49,752 bases of DNA from assembly GCA_002780065.1 (NCBI GenBank), contig PEWQ01000080.1, positions 7,435 through 57,186 of the forward strand. Direction: 5' to 3'. Of this stretch, positions 19,787 to 28,721 are shown one piece after another. Origin of the DNA: Candidatus Hydrogenedentes bacterium CG07_land_8_20_14_0_80_42_17 (GTDB lineage Bacteria > UBA8481). Each line of letters begins with the position of its first letter. Positions within the stretch are counted from its first letter, which is position 1. A model generated the notes under the pieces. It had not been told where the DNA came from and did no database searches. It worked only from the letters and a program-made list of their open reading frames with translations. Made by a program: the position numbers and the translations under genes.

Positions 19787-20482
19787 ATGAAGAAAAGACG
19801 AAAGAGAGCTTTATTTATCACCTTTGAAGGGCCTGATGGCGCAGGTAAAACGACTCATGCCAAACGCCTAAAACATGACCTCGAAGCTGAAGGGTATAAA
19901 GTTTTGCTCACTCGAGAACCAGGCGGCTCACATTTTGGCGAGCGTGTCAGAGATATTTTACTTGATAGAAAAACAGGCAAGATAAGCCCTATTACTGAAT
20001 TACTTCTCTATGAGTCTATTCGCGCTCATCACGTTGAGACTGTGATCAAGCCATCTATTGAATCCGGAACAATTGTTATTTCCGATAGGTTTACGGATGC
20101 ATCTATTGCATATCAAGGATATGGAAGAGGAATTCCTATTGAAATTGTAAAAACTTTAAATTCGATAGCCACTTCAGGACTTGTTCCTGATGTGACAATA
20201 CTAATTGATATTAAACCTGAAGTTGCTTTGAGAGGCATTGCAAAGCGGGTTCAAGATGTTATTGGAAATTCGAAGAAAAACAGAAAGGGGCTTGATAGAA
20301 TAGAGTCTGCCGGCAATGCTTTTCATCATAGAGTTCGCCAAGCTTATTTAGAAATGTCTAAAGATAGTTCTGGACGAATCTTATGTATTCATAGGCAGAA
20401 TAAATTTGAAGAGACTTATGCTCTGATCATTAATGAACTCTCAAGGAAATTTGATTTTTTCAGAAAGGTATTTAATAATTAA
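19787..20482 (+). CDS. tmk: Thymidylate kinase
   Basis: FITFEGPDGAGKTT P-loop, DRF motif. Confidence 0.92.
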   Translation: MKKRRKRALFITFEGPDGAGKTTHAKRLKHDLEAEGYKVLLTREPGGSHFGERVRDILLDRKTGKISPITELLLYESIRAHHVETVIKPSIESGTIVISDRFTDASIAYQGYGRGIPIEIVKTLNSIATSGLVPDVTILIDIKPEVALRGIAKRVQDVIGNSKKNRKGLDRIESAGNAFHHRVRQAYLEMSKDSSGRILCIHRQNKFEETYALIINELSRKFDFFRKVFNN

Positions 20483-20487
20483 TCAAT

Positions 20488-20940
20488 ATGAAAATTACTC
20501 GCAGTCGAGGTCATGGCGATTCAGCAGCTTCTCTATCTAAAGGTTCAGTTGCATCAAAATCCGACGAGAGCCGTAATAAATTTGTAGAGGCAATTCGAAC
20601 TGCAGATGAAAAGCATGCAGAAGGTGAATTAGATGATTTACTAGATAAGATCACTGTGGCTGCTGAACGACTGGTAAAAAAACGCACGGCTTCTGCTCTT
20701 GACGAATACAAATCATTTGTTAGTTCTTTTATGAAATTAGTTATTGAGAAGGGGTTCAAGGTGCAGGAGATTCCTTCAGCTCGATTTATGGAGAATAACA
20801 AGGTATTCATGATTGCATCAAAGATTGAGAATAAGCTTCTTGAATTAACTGAGAGAATACGCGAGGGCAATGCAGGAGCTATGGAAATTGCCTCCGCAAC
20901 ATCTGATATTCGTGGTTGGCTTTTTGATATGAGAATTTAA
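20488..20940 (+). CDS. DUF327 (YaaR-like) protein
   Basis: Size, helical composition, and the tmk-...-holB position known from the Bacillus yaaR context. Confidence 0.55.
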   Translation: MKITRSRGHGDSAASLSKGSVASKSDESRNKFVEAIRTADEKHAEGELDDLLDKITVAAERLVKKRTASALDEYKSFVSSFMKLVIEKGFKVQEIPSARFMENNKVFMIASKIENKLLELTERIREGNAGAMEIASATSDIRGWLFDMRI

Positions 20941-20963
20941 TTTATTGAGGTTAATTTTACAGA

Positions 20964-21827
20964 ATGAAAAATAGTTTGAATGATATTTTAGGTCAAAAAA
21001 GAGCGGTCAGGTTATTAAAATCAGTTTTGGATTCTGGCCGAGTGCCGCCTGCATTTATTTTTTATGGGCAGGATGGAGTAGGTAAAATGACTTCAGCAAA
21101 GAGGTTTGCCTTTTCTTTATCTTGCCAAACTAAAACCGGATGCGGCATTTGTGAAGCATGTAAAGCAAATGAGTTTGGAGAGGGATTTCGAGTTATTGAT
21201 ATTTCAGATTACTTTGAAAATTCGGTTGAGAAGAATAAAGTTTCTGCATTCCGCAAAGAATTGAATACTCATTCGCATGCTCATGATTTGAATTACTTTG
21301 TAGTCTCGATAGATAATTCTGATTTAATGAATGAGAGTATGCAGGCATCACTATTGAAATCGATTGAGGAACCGGCAAATGGCGTTTGCTATATTCTAAT
21401 AACAAAGTCAATTGATGCTCTAAATGCAACATTGCGCTCAAGGTCAGTTCTCGTGCGGTTTTCTCCCTTAAATATTGATTCATTGATCATTCTTTCTGAA
21501 AAAATATTGACGAGGACTCTAACCTATAATGAAAAAGAATTAATTAAATTAGCTGAAGGGTCTATCTCCAGGGCACTAGAAATCCTTTCTATGGAAAATT
21601 CTCCATTAGCATGGATTGATGAATTGCTTAAATCTTCTTCTAAAAGGTCTCATAAGTGGGATCGTTTATCGTTGCAAAAAAAAATGGAAGAATCTATGCC
21701 GGCAATTATCAGCAGCAGAAAAAAATGGAAAGAAAGTTTAATTAATTTTGATAGAGCGTTATCGGAAAAGGCATATATTCCTTTAGCGCTTGAGGTGTTG
21801 AAAAGAAGAATATCTAGCATAAGATAA
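20964..21827 (+). CDS. holB: DNA polymerase III subunit delta-prime
   Basis: ILGQKRAV..., degenerate P-loop GQDGVGKMT, Cys cluster C-x8-C-x2-C, SRS/T motif (LRSRS). Confidence 0.85.
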   Translation: MKNSLNDILGQKRAVRLLKSVLDSGRVPPAFIFYGQDGVGKMTSAKRFAFSLSCQTKTGCGICEACKANEFGEGFRVIDISDYFENSVEKNKVSAFRKELNTHSHAHDLNYFVVSIDNSDLMNESMQASLLKSIEEPANGVCYILITKSIDALNATLRSRSVLVRFSPLNIDSLIILSEKILTRTLTYNEKELIKLAEGSISRALEILSMENSPLAWIDELLKSSSKRSHKWDRLSLQKKMEESMPAIISSRKKWKESLINFDRALSEKAYIPLALEVLKRRISSIR

Positions 21828-21858
21828 AAAGAATTAATGATAGGAGATTAATATTGCT

Positions 21859-23730
21859 ATGAATAAAAAACGGTTTTATGTGAGTACCCCGATTTATTAT
21901 GTGAATGATAAGCCTCATATTGGGCATGCCTATACGACGATAGCGGCTGATGCGATAAATAGGTATTATAGCAAATCAGGAGCGGATACATTTTTTTTAA
22001 CAGGAGTTGACGAACACGGCCAAAAGGTTGCTAAAGCGGCAGAAAAGGCAGGAATAACTCCTAAAGAGCATTGCGACAAGATGGTTTTACGTTTCAAGGA
22101 ATTATGGACTAAATTAAATGTGGAAAGTTCTGCGTTCATCAGAACTACAGATGAAGAACACAAAAAGATCGTTCAAGAATTTCTCTCAAAAATGTACGAA
22201 AAAGGATTGATAGAGAAACGTGAATTCGAAGGGTGGTACTGCACTCCGTGTGAGCGATATTGGACTGAAAAAGATTTAGTGGAAAAATGTTGTCCTGATT
22301 GCAAGAGACCTGTAGAACGTTTTAGAGAGCCTGACTATTACTTTTTGATGACACGATTTACGGAGCGATTGAGGAAAATTATTGAAAGTGGAGAGGTTGA
22401 GATAGTTCCAAATTTCAGAAAAAATGAAGTTTTAGGATTTATTGATTCAGGTGTTGATGATCTTTGCATCAGCAGACCGAAGCAGAGATTGTCTTGGGGA
22501 ATTACTCTGCCGTTCGATTCGGATTTTGTGACTTACGTTTGGTTTGACGCATTAATTAATTACTATTCCGCTACTCGTTATCTTGCCGGCGGCAGAACTG
22601 ATTGGTGGCCGGCAGATGCTCATTTTATAGGCAAGGACATTCTAACAACTCACTCTGTCTATTGGCTTACAATGCTTATGGCTTTGGATATGCCTCTTCC
22701 GAAGAAAATAGTTGCTCATGGCTGGTGGAAGTGTGAGGGTGAGAAGATGTCTAAATCAACCGGCAATGTTGTGGATCCGATTGCATTAATTGAAAAATAT
22801 TGCGAATCTGATTCAAGGCAGGCAGTAGATGCATTCAGATATTTTTTGATGAGTGAAGTGCCATTTGGATTAGATGGTTCTTTTTCACCCGAAGCGTTTG
22901 AACGCAGGTGGACATCCGATCTATCAAATGGCCTTGGAAACCTATACAGCCGCATTTCTGCGCTTATATGCAAAATATTGAATAAAAGGGTAAATGCAAA
23001 ATTGCAAGAAGATGATGCTCTTGTCCTTGAAAAATACAAGGTTTACATGGAGAGCTTTCAATTTTCACGCGCCACAGAAACAATAATGGCTTTTATTAGA
23101 AGTATAAATCAGTTTATCCAGGAGAAAGCTCCGTGGTCCATGCCGCAGGATGTTGATGCAATATTATCTAGGGCATCTGCAGAGCTGAGATTAGTTTCTT
23201 CAATGCTGTATCCGTTTATGCCCGAGACAGCTTTATTGATGGCAAAGGGATTGGGTTTGTCTGAAGTAGCATCTTTAGATTCTGCACTGAAACCATTTGA
23301 AGTTGAGATTCAGGAAATTGGACATCTTTTCGCAAGACCGCTTTCAAAAGAATCTCAAATTTCCGTAGGCACGTTGAAAGAAACTAAAGAGAAGGCTGAA
23401 GCCGAGACAAAAATTACAATTGACGATGTTTTAAAACTCGGTCTTAAAATTGCAAAAATAGAATCTGCCGAAAGGGTAGCGAAGACAAAAAAATTACTGA
23501 AGTTGGTCGTCGACTTAGGAAGCGAAAAGAGACAATTGATTGCGGGAATTGCCGAGGGGTACGAACCGGAATCATTAGTCGGGAAAAAAATAGTAGTTGT
23601 TACTAATCTTGAACATGCAAAGATTCGCGGAATCGAGTCTCAGGGCATGTTATTGGCTGCATCTTCAGCAGGAAAGATTTCATTGGTTATTCCCGACGAT
23701 GAAATTGAGCTTGGAGCGGAAGTTAGATGA
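21859..23730 (+). CDS. metG: Methionyl-tRNA synthetase with C-terminal tRNA-binding (Trbp111/EMAP-like) domain
   Basis: HIGH (PHIGHAY), KMSKS, Zn knuckle CTPC...CPDC, C-terminal OB domain (GIESQGMLLAA). Confidence 0.95.
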   Translation: MNKKRFYVSTPIYYVNDKPHIGHAYTTIAADAINRYYSKSGADTFFLTGVDEHGQKVAKAAEKAGITPKEHCDKMVLRFKELWTKLNVESSAFIRTTDEEHKKIVQEFLSKMYEKGLIEKREFEGWYCTPCERYWTEKDLVEKCCPDCKRPVERFREPDYYFLMTRFTERLRKIIESGEVEIVPNFRKNEVLGFIDSGVDDLCISRPKQRLSWGITLPFDSDFVTYVWFDALINYYSATRYLAGGRTDWWPADAHFIGKDILTTHSVYWLTMLMALDMPLPKKIVAHGWWKCEGEKMSKSTGNVVDPIALIEKYCESDSRQAVDAFRYFLMSEVPFGLDGSFSPEAFERRWTSDLSNGLGNLYSRISALICKILNKRVNAKLQEDDALVLEKYKVYMESFQFSRATETIMAFIRSINQFIQEKAPWSMPQDVDAILSRASAELRLVSSMLYPFMPETALLMAKGLGLSEVASLDSALKPFEVEIQEIGHLFARPLSKESQISVGTLKETKEKAEAETKITIDDVLKLGLKIAKIESAERVAKTKKLLKLVVDLGSEKRQLIAGIAEGYEPESLVGKKIVVVTNLEHAKIRGIESQGMLLAASSAGKISLVIPDDEIELGAEVR

Positions 23731-24227
23731 CTTTTAATTTAAAAAAAGCTGAAGCAAAGAAAAAACTTTCTCATCTCGATGCAGAAGGCAAGGTGAGAAT
23801 GGTTGACGTTTCAAAAAAAACTGCAACAAGGCGCAAAGCTCGGGCAGAATCTTTTATCACCATATCCGATAATACTTGTAATTTAATAGAGAAGGGTGAA
23901 ATCTCTAAGGGCAACGTTGAAGCAGTAGTAAAGATTGCCGGTATTCAGGCGGCAAAAAGGACATGGGAACTCATTCCGCTGTGTCATCCTTTGATGCTTG
24001 ACAGAATATCGGTTGAGATTGTGCGAGAAGAGAACGGGTATAGAATTTCAGTTGAAGCGGAGAATGAAGGAAAGACCGGTGTAGAGATGGAGGCAATGAC
24101 AGGGGCAGCGGCGGCGGCACTTGCGTTTTACGATATGATAAAGGGAATTGAACGCGGTGCAGAGATAAAAGACGTCAGACTTATTTCGAAGGAAGGCGGT
24201 AAGTCAGGAAAATTTTTCAGGGGTTGA
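23727..24227 (+). CDS. moaC: Cyclic pyranopterin monophosphate synthase MoaC
   Basis: LSHLDAEGKVRMVDVSKK, TGVEMEAMT motifs. Confidence 0.9.
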   Translation: MTFNLKKAEAKKKLSHLDAEGKVRMVDVSKKTATRRKARAESFITISDNTCNLIEKGEISKGNVEAVVKIAGIQAAKRTWELIPLCHPLMLDRISVEIVREENGYRISVEAENEGKTGVEMEAMTGAAAAALAFYDMIKGIERGAEIKDVRLISKEGGKSGKFFRG

Positions 24228-24231
24228 GAAT

Positions 24232-24378
24232 TTGAAAATACCTTTTTTTACAAAAAAGCAAGGCAGGCGCCGCAAAGTGCGCAGACTTGGAAATCTTTCT
24301 AATAGTATAGAGATCTATATTTATATTGCGGCTTTATTGGCTCTTCTTGGCAGTGTAATTGTGTCTCTATACAAATGA
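24232..24378 (+). CDS. Hypothetical small membrane protein (48 aa; basic N-terminus plus one TM segment)
   Basis: TTG-initiated frame (M)KIPFFTKKQGRRRKVRRLGNLSNSIEIYIYIAALLALLGSVIVSLYK. Its stop overlaps the bioD ATG (ATGA). It fills an otherwise empty 147-nt gap. There is no homology evidence. Confidence 0.3.
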   Translation: MKIPFFTKKQGRRRKVRRLGNLSNSIEIYIYIAALLALLGSVIVSLYK

Positions 24379-25064
24379 CGAGGAATTATTCAACCAAGTT
24401 TATTTCGGTTGTAGGCACAGACACCGGAGTCGGCAAGACGAGTGCCGCAAGAACCATTTCCGATCATTTGAGTAAATTAGGCTATTCAGTCAGAGCTGTA
24501 AAGCCTTATGTGAGCGGATCGACTTTCGGAAAATGGGAAGATTGCGATTTGCTGGATCCTTTGAGAAAGTATAGAACTCCGGCTCGATATTGTCTGCCGC
24601 TATCGCCTTATGGAGCAGTAAGAAAAGGTGAAAAATTAACTGAGAAAAAAAAAATTTTTAATTATATTGCTAAAGCTTCGATTAAAGTAGATTGGTTGGT
24701 CATTGAGGGTATTGGCGGTGTAATGGTACCACTCGAAAAAAAATATCTTTGGCTGGATTTTCATGAAAAATATCGTTGGCCTGCTGTAATAGTAGGAAGA
24801 GGAAGATTAGGAACATTGAATCATACACTTCTGACAATCACCGCATTAAAGAGCAGAGAAATACCTATATTAGGATTTATTCTTTGCAATACGGATGATT
24901 ATTCTTTTGAAGAGACTAAAGAGAATGCGGAGATAATAAAAGAGATTAGTTCAGTTGAAGCATTAGGTATGATTGAGTATAATGCAAGTGATTGGAAGAA
25001 GGCCTGGCTAAGGGGGATTAATTGGAAAAGAATGGAGAAATATTTTGAAGCAAGTAGATATTAG
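24375..25064 (+). CDS. bioD: ATP-dependent dethiobiotin synthetase BioD
   Basis: VVGTDTGVGKTSAA P-loop, KPYVSG, IEGIGG motifs. Confidence 0.8.
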   Translation: MTRNYSTKFISVVGTDTGVGKTSAARTISDHLSKLGYSVRAVKPYVSGSTFGKWEDCDLLDPLRKYRTPARYCLPLSPYGAVRKGEKLTEKKKIFNYIAKASIKVDWLVIEGIGGVMVPLEKKYLWLDFHEKYRWPAVIVGRGRLGTLNHTLLTITALKSREIPILGFILCNTDDYSFEETKENAEIIKEISSVEALGMIEYNASDWKKAWLRGINWKRMEKYFEASRY

Positions 25065-25905
25065 ACGTGTAGTTGAACGAATACAAAATTTACCTACTCT
25101 TCCGATTGTGGTTTCACAAATTTTGAGGCTTGTAGGAGACGATGAGTCAAGCGCTCATGATGTTCAGGAAATTCTGCGTCGAGATCAGTCTCTAACTTTC
25201 AAGATTCTTAAAATAGTTAATTCATCATTTTACGGTTATGCCGGCAAGATACGGGATTTACAACACGCCGTCGTAATACTAGGTTTCGACACAATCAAAT
25301 CAGTAGCGCTGTCAGCAACGATTTTTTCTACCTTTCCAAATGGTAAAAGAGGCAGATTTGACCGTGAAGCATTTTGGAGGCATTCAATAGCAGTTGCGGT
25401 AGCTTCACGAAAACTTGCTCAGGAACTAAAGATAACATCATTTGAAGAAGCATTTGTCGGAGGAATACTCCACGATATTGGCAAGGTTGTATTAGATGAG
25501 TATGCCTCGGAACTTTTCGAAGAAGTTTTAACCTACGTTGAAGAAAAAAAGGTTTTGATGTATGAAGCTGAACGTGCAGTTTGCGGATTTTCTCATGCTC
25601 AAATAGGACGATGGATTGCGGCAAAATGGGCACTGCCTCAAGAATATGTTGACGTGATTTTTTATCATCATCAGCCAGGAAATGCTCAGAAAGCCACTCA
25701 GTTGACCGCTATTGTCCATCTTGGAGATATTATTGCAAGAAGCTTGAAGATAGGATCCGGCGGCGATGATTGCATTCCTCCCATCGATCCTTCATCTTTA
25801 AAAATTTTGTCACTGAGTGAGGAGACTATAAAGAAAGTTATTATTGAACTTCCGGCAGAGTTCGAGAAAGCTGATCTTTTTGCGCAGATGTCTTCGTCTG
25901 ACTGA
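25045..25905 (+). CDS. HDOD domain signalling protein
   Basis: LPTLPIVVSQILRLVGDDESSAHDVQEILRRDQSLTFKILKIVNSSFYG plus HD-like H..GILHDIGK. Confidence 0.85.
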   Translation: MKQVDIRRVVERIQNLPTLPIVVSQILRLVGDDESSAHDVQEILRRDQSLTFKILKIVNSSFYGYAGKIRDLQHAVVILGFDTIKSVALSATIFSTFPNGKRGRFDREAFWRHSIAVAVASRKLAQELKITSFEEAFVGGILHDIGKVVLDEYASELFEEVLTYVEEKKVLMYEAERAVCGFSHAQIGRWIAAKWALPQEYVDVIFYHHQPGNAQKATQLTAIVHLGDIIARSLKIGSGGDDCIPPIDPSSLKILSLSEETIKKVIIELPAEFEKADLFAQMSSSD

Positions 25906-27565
25906 TATTTTCGGTACCGCTGTCTGCCGGGACGAACGCGGTCTTATTAAGGAATTACTTGATAGAACAAGTTCTGCATTTTGCCTATGGATCGGAGAAG
26001 GAGATCTATTTGTATCTTCTTTGATACTCTCAAAAGTTTCACGTGAATTGATCGATAGGGAAGCATCTATTTTAATTGACGAGTTATGTCACAAACACGG
26101 TATGCAATATGAACCTTCTTTTCTCGATGTCGATATTGATGAAAGAAATGAATTTTTATCAGAAACGATAGAGCCGATTTGGAAAGAAGTAGTGCCTGCG
26201 ATTACATCTGAAGGCTGTATCGGCGGATATTTGATTTGTTCTTTTGAACCTCGGAGAGAATACGGCGATTTTTTGCAAGATATCGGAAAAGCTCTTTCCA
26301 TTAGCATTTCTATGAGAAAATTGGATATTAGATTAGACAGAGCTTCAGACAGATTTTTACAGATTGCAGAATTAGGTTCAATTTTTGTTTCAGTAGGCGA
26401 AACTTTGGAGACTGAAAGCAGAATTTTAGAACTAGCGCTAAGCGCATCTGGCGCTGATACAGGCGCAATTGTTAGAATGATTTCTGACAGTGATATTAAG
26501 TATGTAGGAATTAGCGAGAGCATTTTATCGACAATACAGTTCAAAGATAAAACAAAATTGATAGACAGATTACTGGAGCAAAAAAAAAGCTTAATACTAG
26601 TTCAAGATGAATTAGACAGAAAATTAGAAATAGAATCGACACCGTTTGTCATTCAGACTCTTCTCTCGTTTCCGCTGTCGTTCGAGGAAAAATATTACGG
26701 CTCGTTAGTAGTTTTCAATGCCAAAGAATCTTTTGTAAAAGAGGCTTCATTTATTGCGATGATGGAGACATTTTCTAGACTTGCCGGAGCCGTATTAACA
26801 GCCCAAGAGCGTCATGCGGAGAGAATTGAGAATGAAAAACTGGAGAAGGAGATAAATGCCGCTCGAGCAATACAAACGAGTCTGATCCCGAAAAGTTTTC
26901 CTAATACTGAAGGCGTCAAGATTAGCGGATTATGGAAGCCATCGCGTTCTGTCGGCGGAGATTATTATGATGCATTTCAATTAAGCGATCGAGCATTGGG
27001 AGTTATGATAGCAGATGTAAGCGGGAAAGGAATTCCCGCCGGACTTCTTATGGCTTTATCTAGAACATATCTAAAAGTAATAGGAATCGACCATAAATAT
27101 TTTCCTTCAGATACAATGACAAGATTAAATTTGTATCTATGTGACGAGATGGCGACAAATAAATTCATTACTGCAAATTATTTGACTATCGATATGGCAA
27201 AACGAAAAATGCGTCTGGCAAATGCAGGACATTTATCTCCGATATTAGTTGATAGATCCGGTTCAGCGAGATTAATTTCTCCTGAATTTGGTGGGTTGCC
27301 TTTAGGAGTAGATATAGGTGAAAAATATGATGAGATCGTGATGGAAATCGAGTCGGGAACAATGATCATTCTTTATACTGACGGATTAGTCGAAGCTAGA
27401 AATGAAAATAATGATCTCTTAGGTATCGAGAACGTTTTAAAATTTATTGAAGATTTCAGAAAAGACGAACAGTCTGAAATATTAGAATATTTATGGAATA
27501 AGACATTGGAATTTGCCGGTGAACCTGACGATGATTGGACATGCATGGCAATAAAGTTTGAGTGA
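25844..27565 (+). CDS. GAF-domain PP2C-type (SpoIIE/RsbU family) serine phosphatase
   Basis: C-terminal SVGGDYYDAF...MIADVSGKGIPAGLLMA...YTDGLVEA. The N-terminal roughly 330 aa is sensor-like. The start is uncertain: ATG 25844 overlaps the HDOD gene by 62 nt, and TTG 25880 is an alternative. Confidence 0.85.
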   Translation: MNFRQSSRKLIFLRRCLRLTDIFGTAVCRDERGLIKELLDRTSSAFCLWIGEGDLFVSSLILSKVSRELIDREASILIDELCHKHGMQYEPSFLDVDIDERNEFLSETIEPIWKEVVPAITSEGCIGGYLICSFEPRREYGDFLQDIGKALSISISMRKLDIRLDRASDRFLQIAELGSIFVSVGETLETESRILELALSASGADTGAIVRMISDSDIKYVGISESILSTIQFKDKTKLIDRLLEQKKSLILVQDELDRKLEIESTPFVIQTLLSFPLSFEEKYYGSLVVFNAKESFVKEASFIAMMETFSRLAGAVLTAQERHAERIENEKLEKEINAARAIQTSLIPKSFPNTEGVKISGLWKPSRSVGGDYYDAFQLSDRALGVMIADVSGKGIPAGLLMALSRTYLKVIGIDHKYFPSDTMTRLNLYLCDEMATNKFITANYLTIDMAKRKMRLANAGHLSPILVDRSGSARLISPEFGGLPLGVDIGEKYDEIVMEIESGTMIILYTDGLVEARNENNDLLGIENVLKFIEDFRKDEQSEILEYLWNKTLEFAGEPDDDWTCMAIKFE

Positions 27566-27653
27566 CATTCATTTATTAAAGAGAATAATTATTGCAACAA
27601 GAGAAAAAAAATCATAAAGTTCAAATGATTTATTTTCTCAATGAGAGGATATA

Positions 27654-27959
27654 ATGGAGATTACAACTCAACTGGATGGAAAATCCGCGGTAGTAATACT
27701 TAACGGTGATCTTGACGTAAATTCATCAGCGGCTGTTGAAGATACGGTTAAGAAGCTGCTAGGCGATAAAGACGGTATAATTATCGATATCGCAGGTGTC
27801 CCATTTGCAGATTCATCCGGTTTAGGGGGACTCATTTCCGCTTACAAAAAAGCGAAAGAATTAGGAAAAGAAATCAGACTTAGGCATCCTACACCGGTGG
27901 TATTAGAGATTTTGACAATAACCAGAATGCGGAGATTTTTTCCCATAGACGAAGCATGA
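27654..27959 (+). CDS. STAS-domain anti-sigma-factor antagonist (SpoIIAA/RsbV-like)
   Basis: 101 aa; phosphorylatable-serine motif DSSGLGGLI. Confidence 0.88.
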   Translation: MEITTQLDGKSAVVILNGDLDVNSSAAVEDTVKKLLGDKDGIIIDIAGVPFADSSGLGGLISAYKKAKELGKEIRLRHPTPVVLEILTITRMRRFFPIDEA

Positions 27960-27967
27960 ATTCAGCC

Positions 27968-28041
27968 GCCCACGTAGCTCAGTTGGCAAGAGCGCATCCT
28001 TGGTAAGGATGAGGTCATCGGTTCAACTCCGATCGTGGGCT
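27968..28041 (+). tRNA. tRNA-Thr (anticodon GGU)
   Basis: Manual cloverleaf: acceptor GCCCACG/CGTGGGC, D arm GCTC..GAGC, anticodon arm CATCC-TTGGTAA-GGATG, T arm ATCGG-TTCAACT-CCGAT. Confidence 0.92.
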
Positions 28042-28082
28042 GATTCAGAAAGAAGGTACGAAAAAAAAAATAAAAAACATAG

Positions 28083-28110
28083 TTGACTTATTCTTTTACC
28101 TGTGCATAAT
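28083..28110 (+). promoter_or_regulatory. Strong sigma70-type promoter with A-tract UP element, serving rpmG-tRNA-Trp-secE-nusG
   Basis: TTGACT-16 nt-CATAAT, preceded by AAAAAAAAAATAAAAAAC (28054-28075). Confidence 0.6.
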
Positions 28111-28196
28111 TTTTCACTTCACTTGATATAGACTTTTTTCAGCATTGAATTGTGGCTGTGGAAGTGCGTACGCAGTGATGATAAAGAATGAGGTGA

Positions 28197-28355
28197 TTGG
28201 TCCTGGTGCAAGAGATAATTACGATGGCTTGTGAGGAATGCAAGCAGAGAAACTATACTACGAAACGAACAAAGCGGCCGAATCAAGAAAGACTTGCTAT
28301 AAAAAAGTATTGCAAGTTTTGCCGAAAGCGGACCGCTCACAAAGAGACACGGTGA
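28197..28355 (+). CDS. rpmG: 50S ribosomal protein L33 (Zn-ribbon, C-x2-C...C-x2-C form)
   Basis: Not in the ORF track. Translation is (M)VLVQEIITMACEECKQRNYTTKRTKRPNQERLAIKKYCKFCRKRTAHKETR. GAGGTG lies upstream. Start is TTG 28197 or GTG 28206. Confidence 0.9.
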   Translation: MVLVQEIITMACEECKQRNYTTKRTKRPNQERLAIKKYCKFCRKRTAHKETR

Positions 28356-28363
28356 GATAGAAC

Positions 28364-28436
28364 AGGGCTGTAGCTCAATTGGCAGAGCACCGGTCTCCAA
28401 AACCGGGGGCTGAGAGTTCGACTCTCTCCGGCCCTG
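28364..28436 (+). tRNA. tRNA-Trp (anticodon CCA)
   Basis: Acceptor AGGGCTG/CGGCCCT (one G-U), anticodon arm CCGGT-CTCCAAA-ACCGG, T arm GAGAG-TTCGACT-CTCTC. Confidence 0.92.
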
Positions 28437-28494
28437 CGTAAGAATCGCATGGGTAGGAGTTAAAATTTATTGTAGCGCTCTAGGAGAGTAGAGT

Positions 28495-28716
28495 TTGATG
28501 CAGATGAAGTTATTTTTTAACAAAATTATAAAATATTTTTCCGAAGTTTGGGGAGAAGTAAAGCCTGGTGAAGGAAAAGTTTCATGGCCTTCTATGGAAG
28601 AGATTAAAGGTTCTACTTGGCTTGTAGTCGTTACTGTGGGAATCGCCGCGGTTTATTTAGGAGTTATAGATATGGTTGTTGGGTATGTTGTTTCATGGAT
28701 GATGGGGATTGGTTGA
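28495..28716 (+). CDS. secE: Preprotein translocase subunit SecE
   Basis: Single C-terminal TM segment, EVWGEVKPGEGKVSWPS motif, synteny before nusG. Start is TTG 28495 or ATG 28498/28504. Confidence 0.88.
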   Translation: MMQMKLFFNKIIKYFSEVWGEVKPGEGKVSWPSMEEIKGSTWLVVVTVGIAAVYLGVIDMVVGYVVSWMMGIG

Positions 28717-28721
28717 TTGAG

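Noticed and set aside
26035-26050. parS-like sequence AGTTTCACGTGAATTG inside the PP2C phosphatase gene
   Set aside because: Only 12 of 16 positions match, and one arm is degenerate. It may bind ParB weakly, but the sequence alone is not enough to call it.
28119-28400. 93-aa minus-strand ORF from the track
   Set aside because: It is antisense to a clearly recognisable L33 gene and overlaps tRNA-Trp. It has no RBS and an odd composition, so it is spurious.
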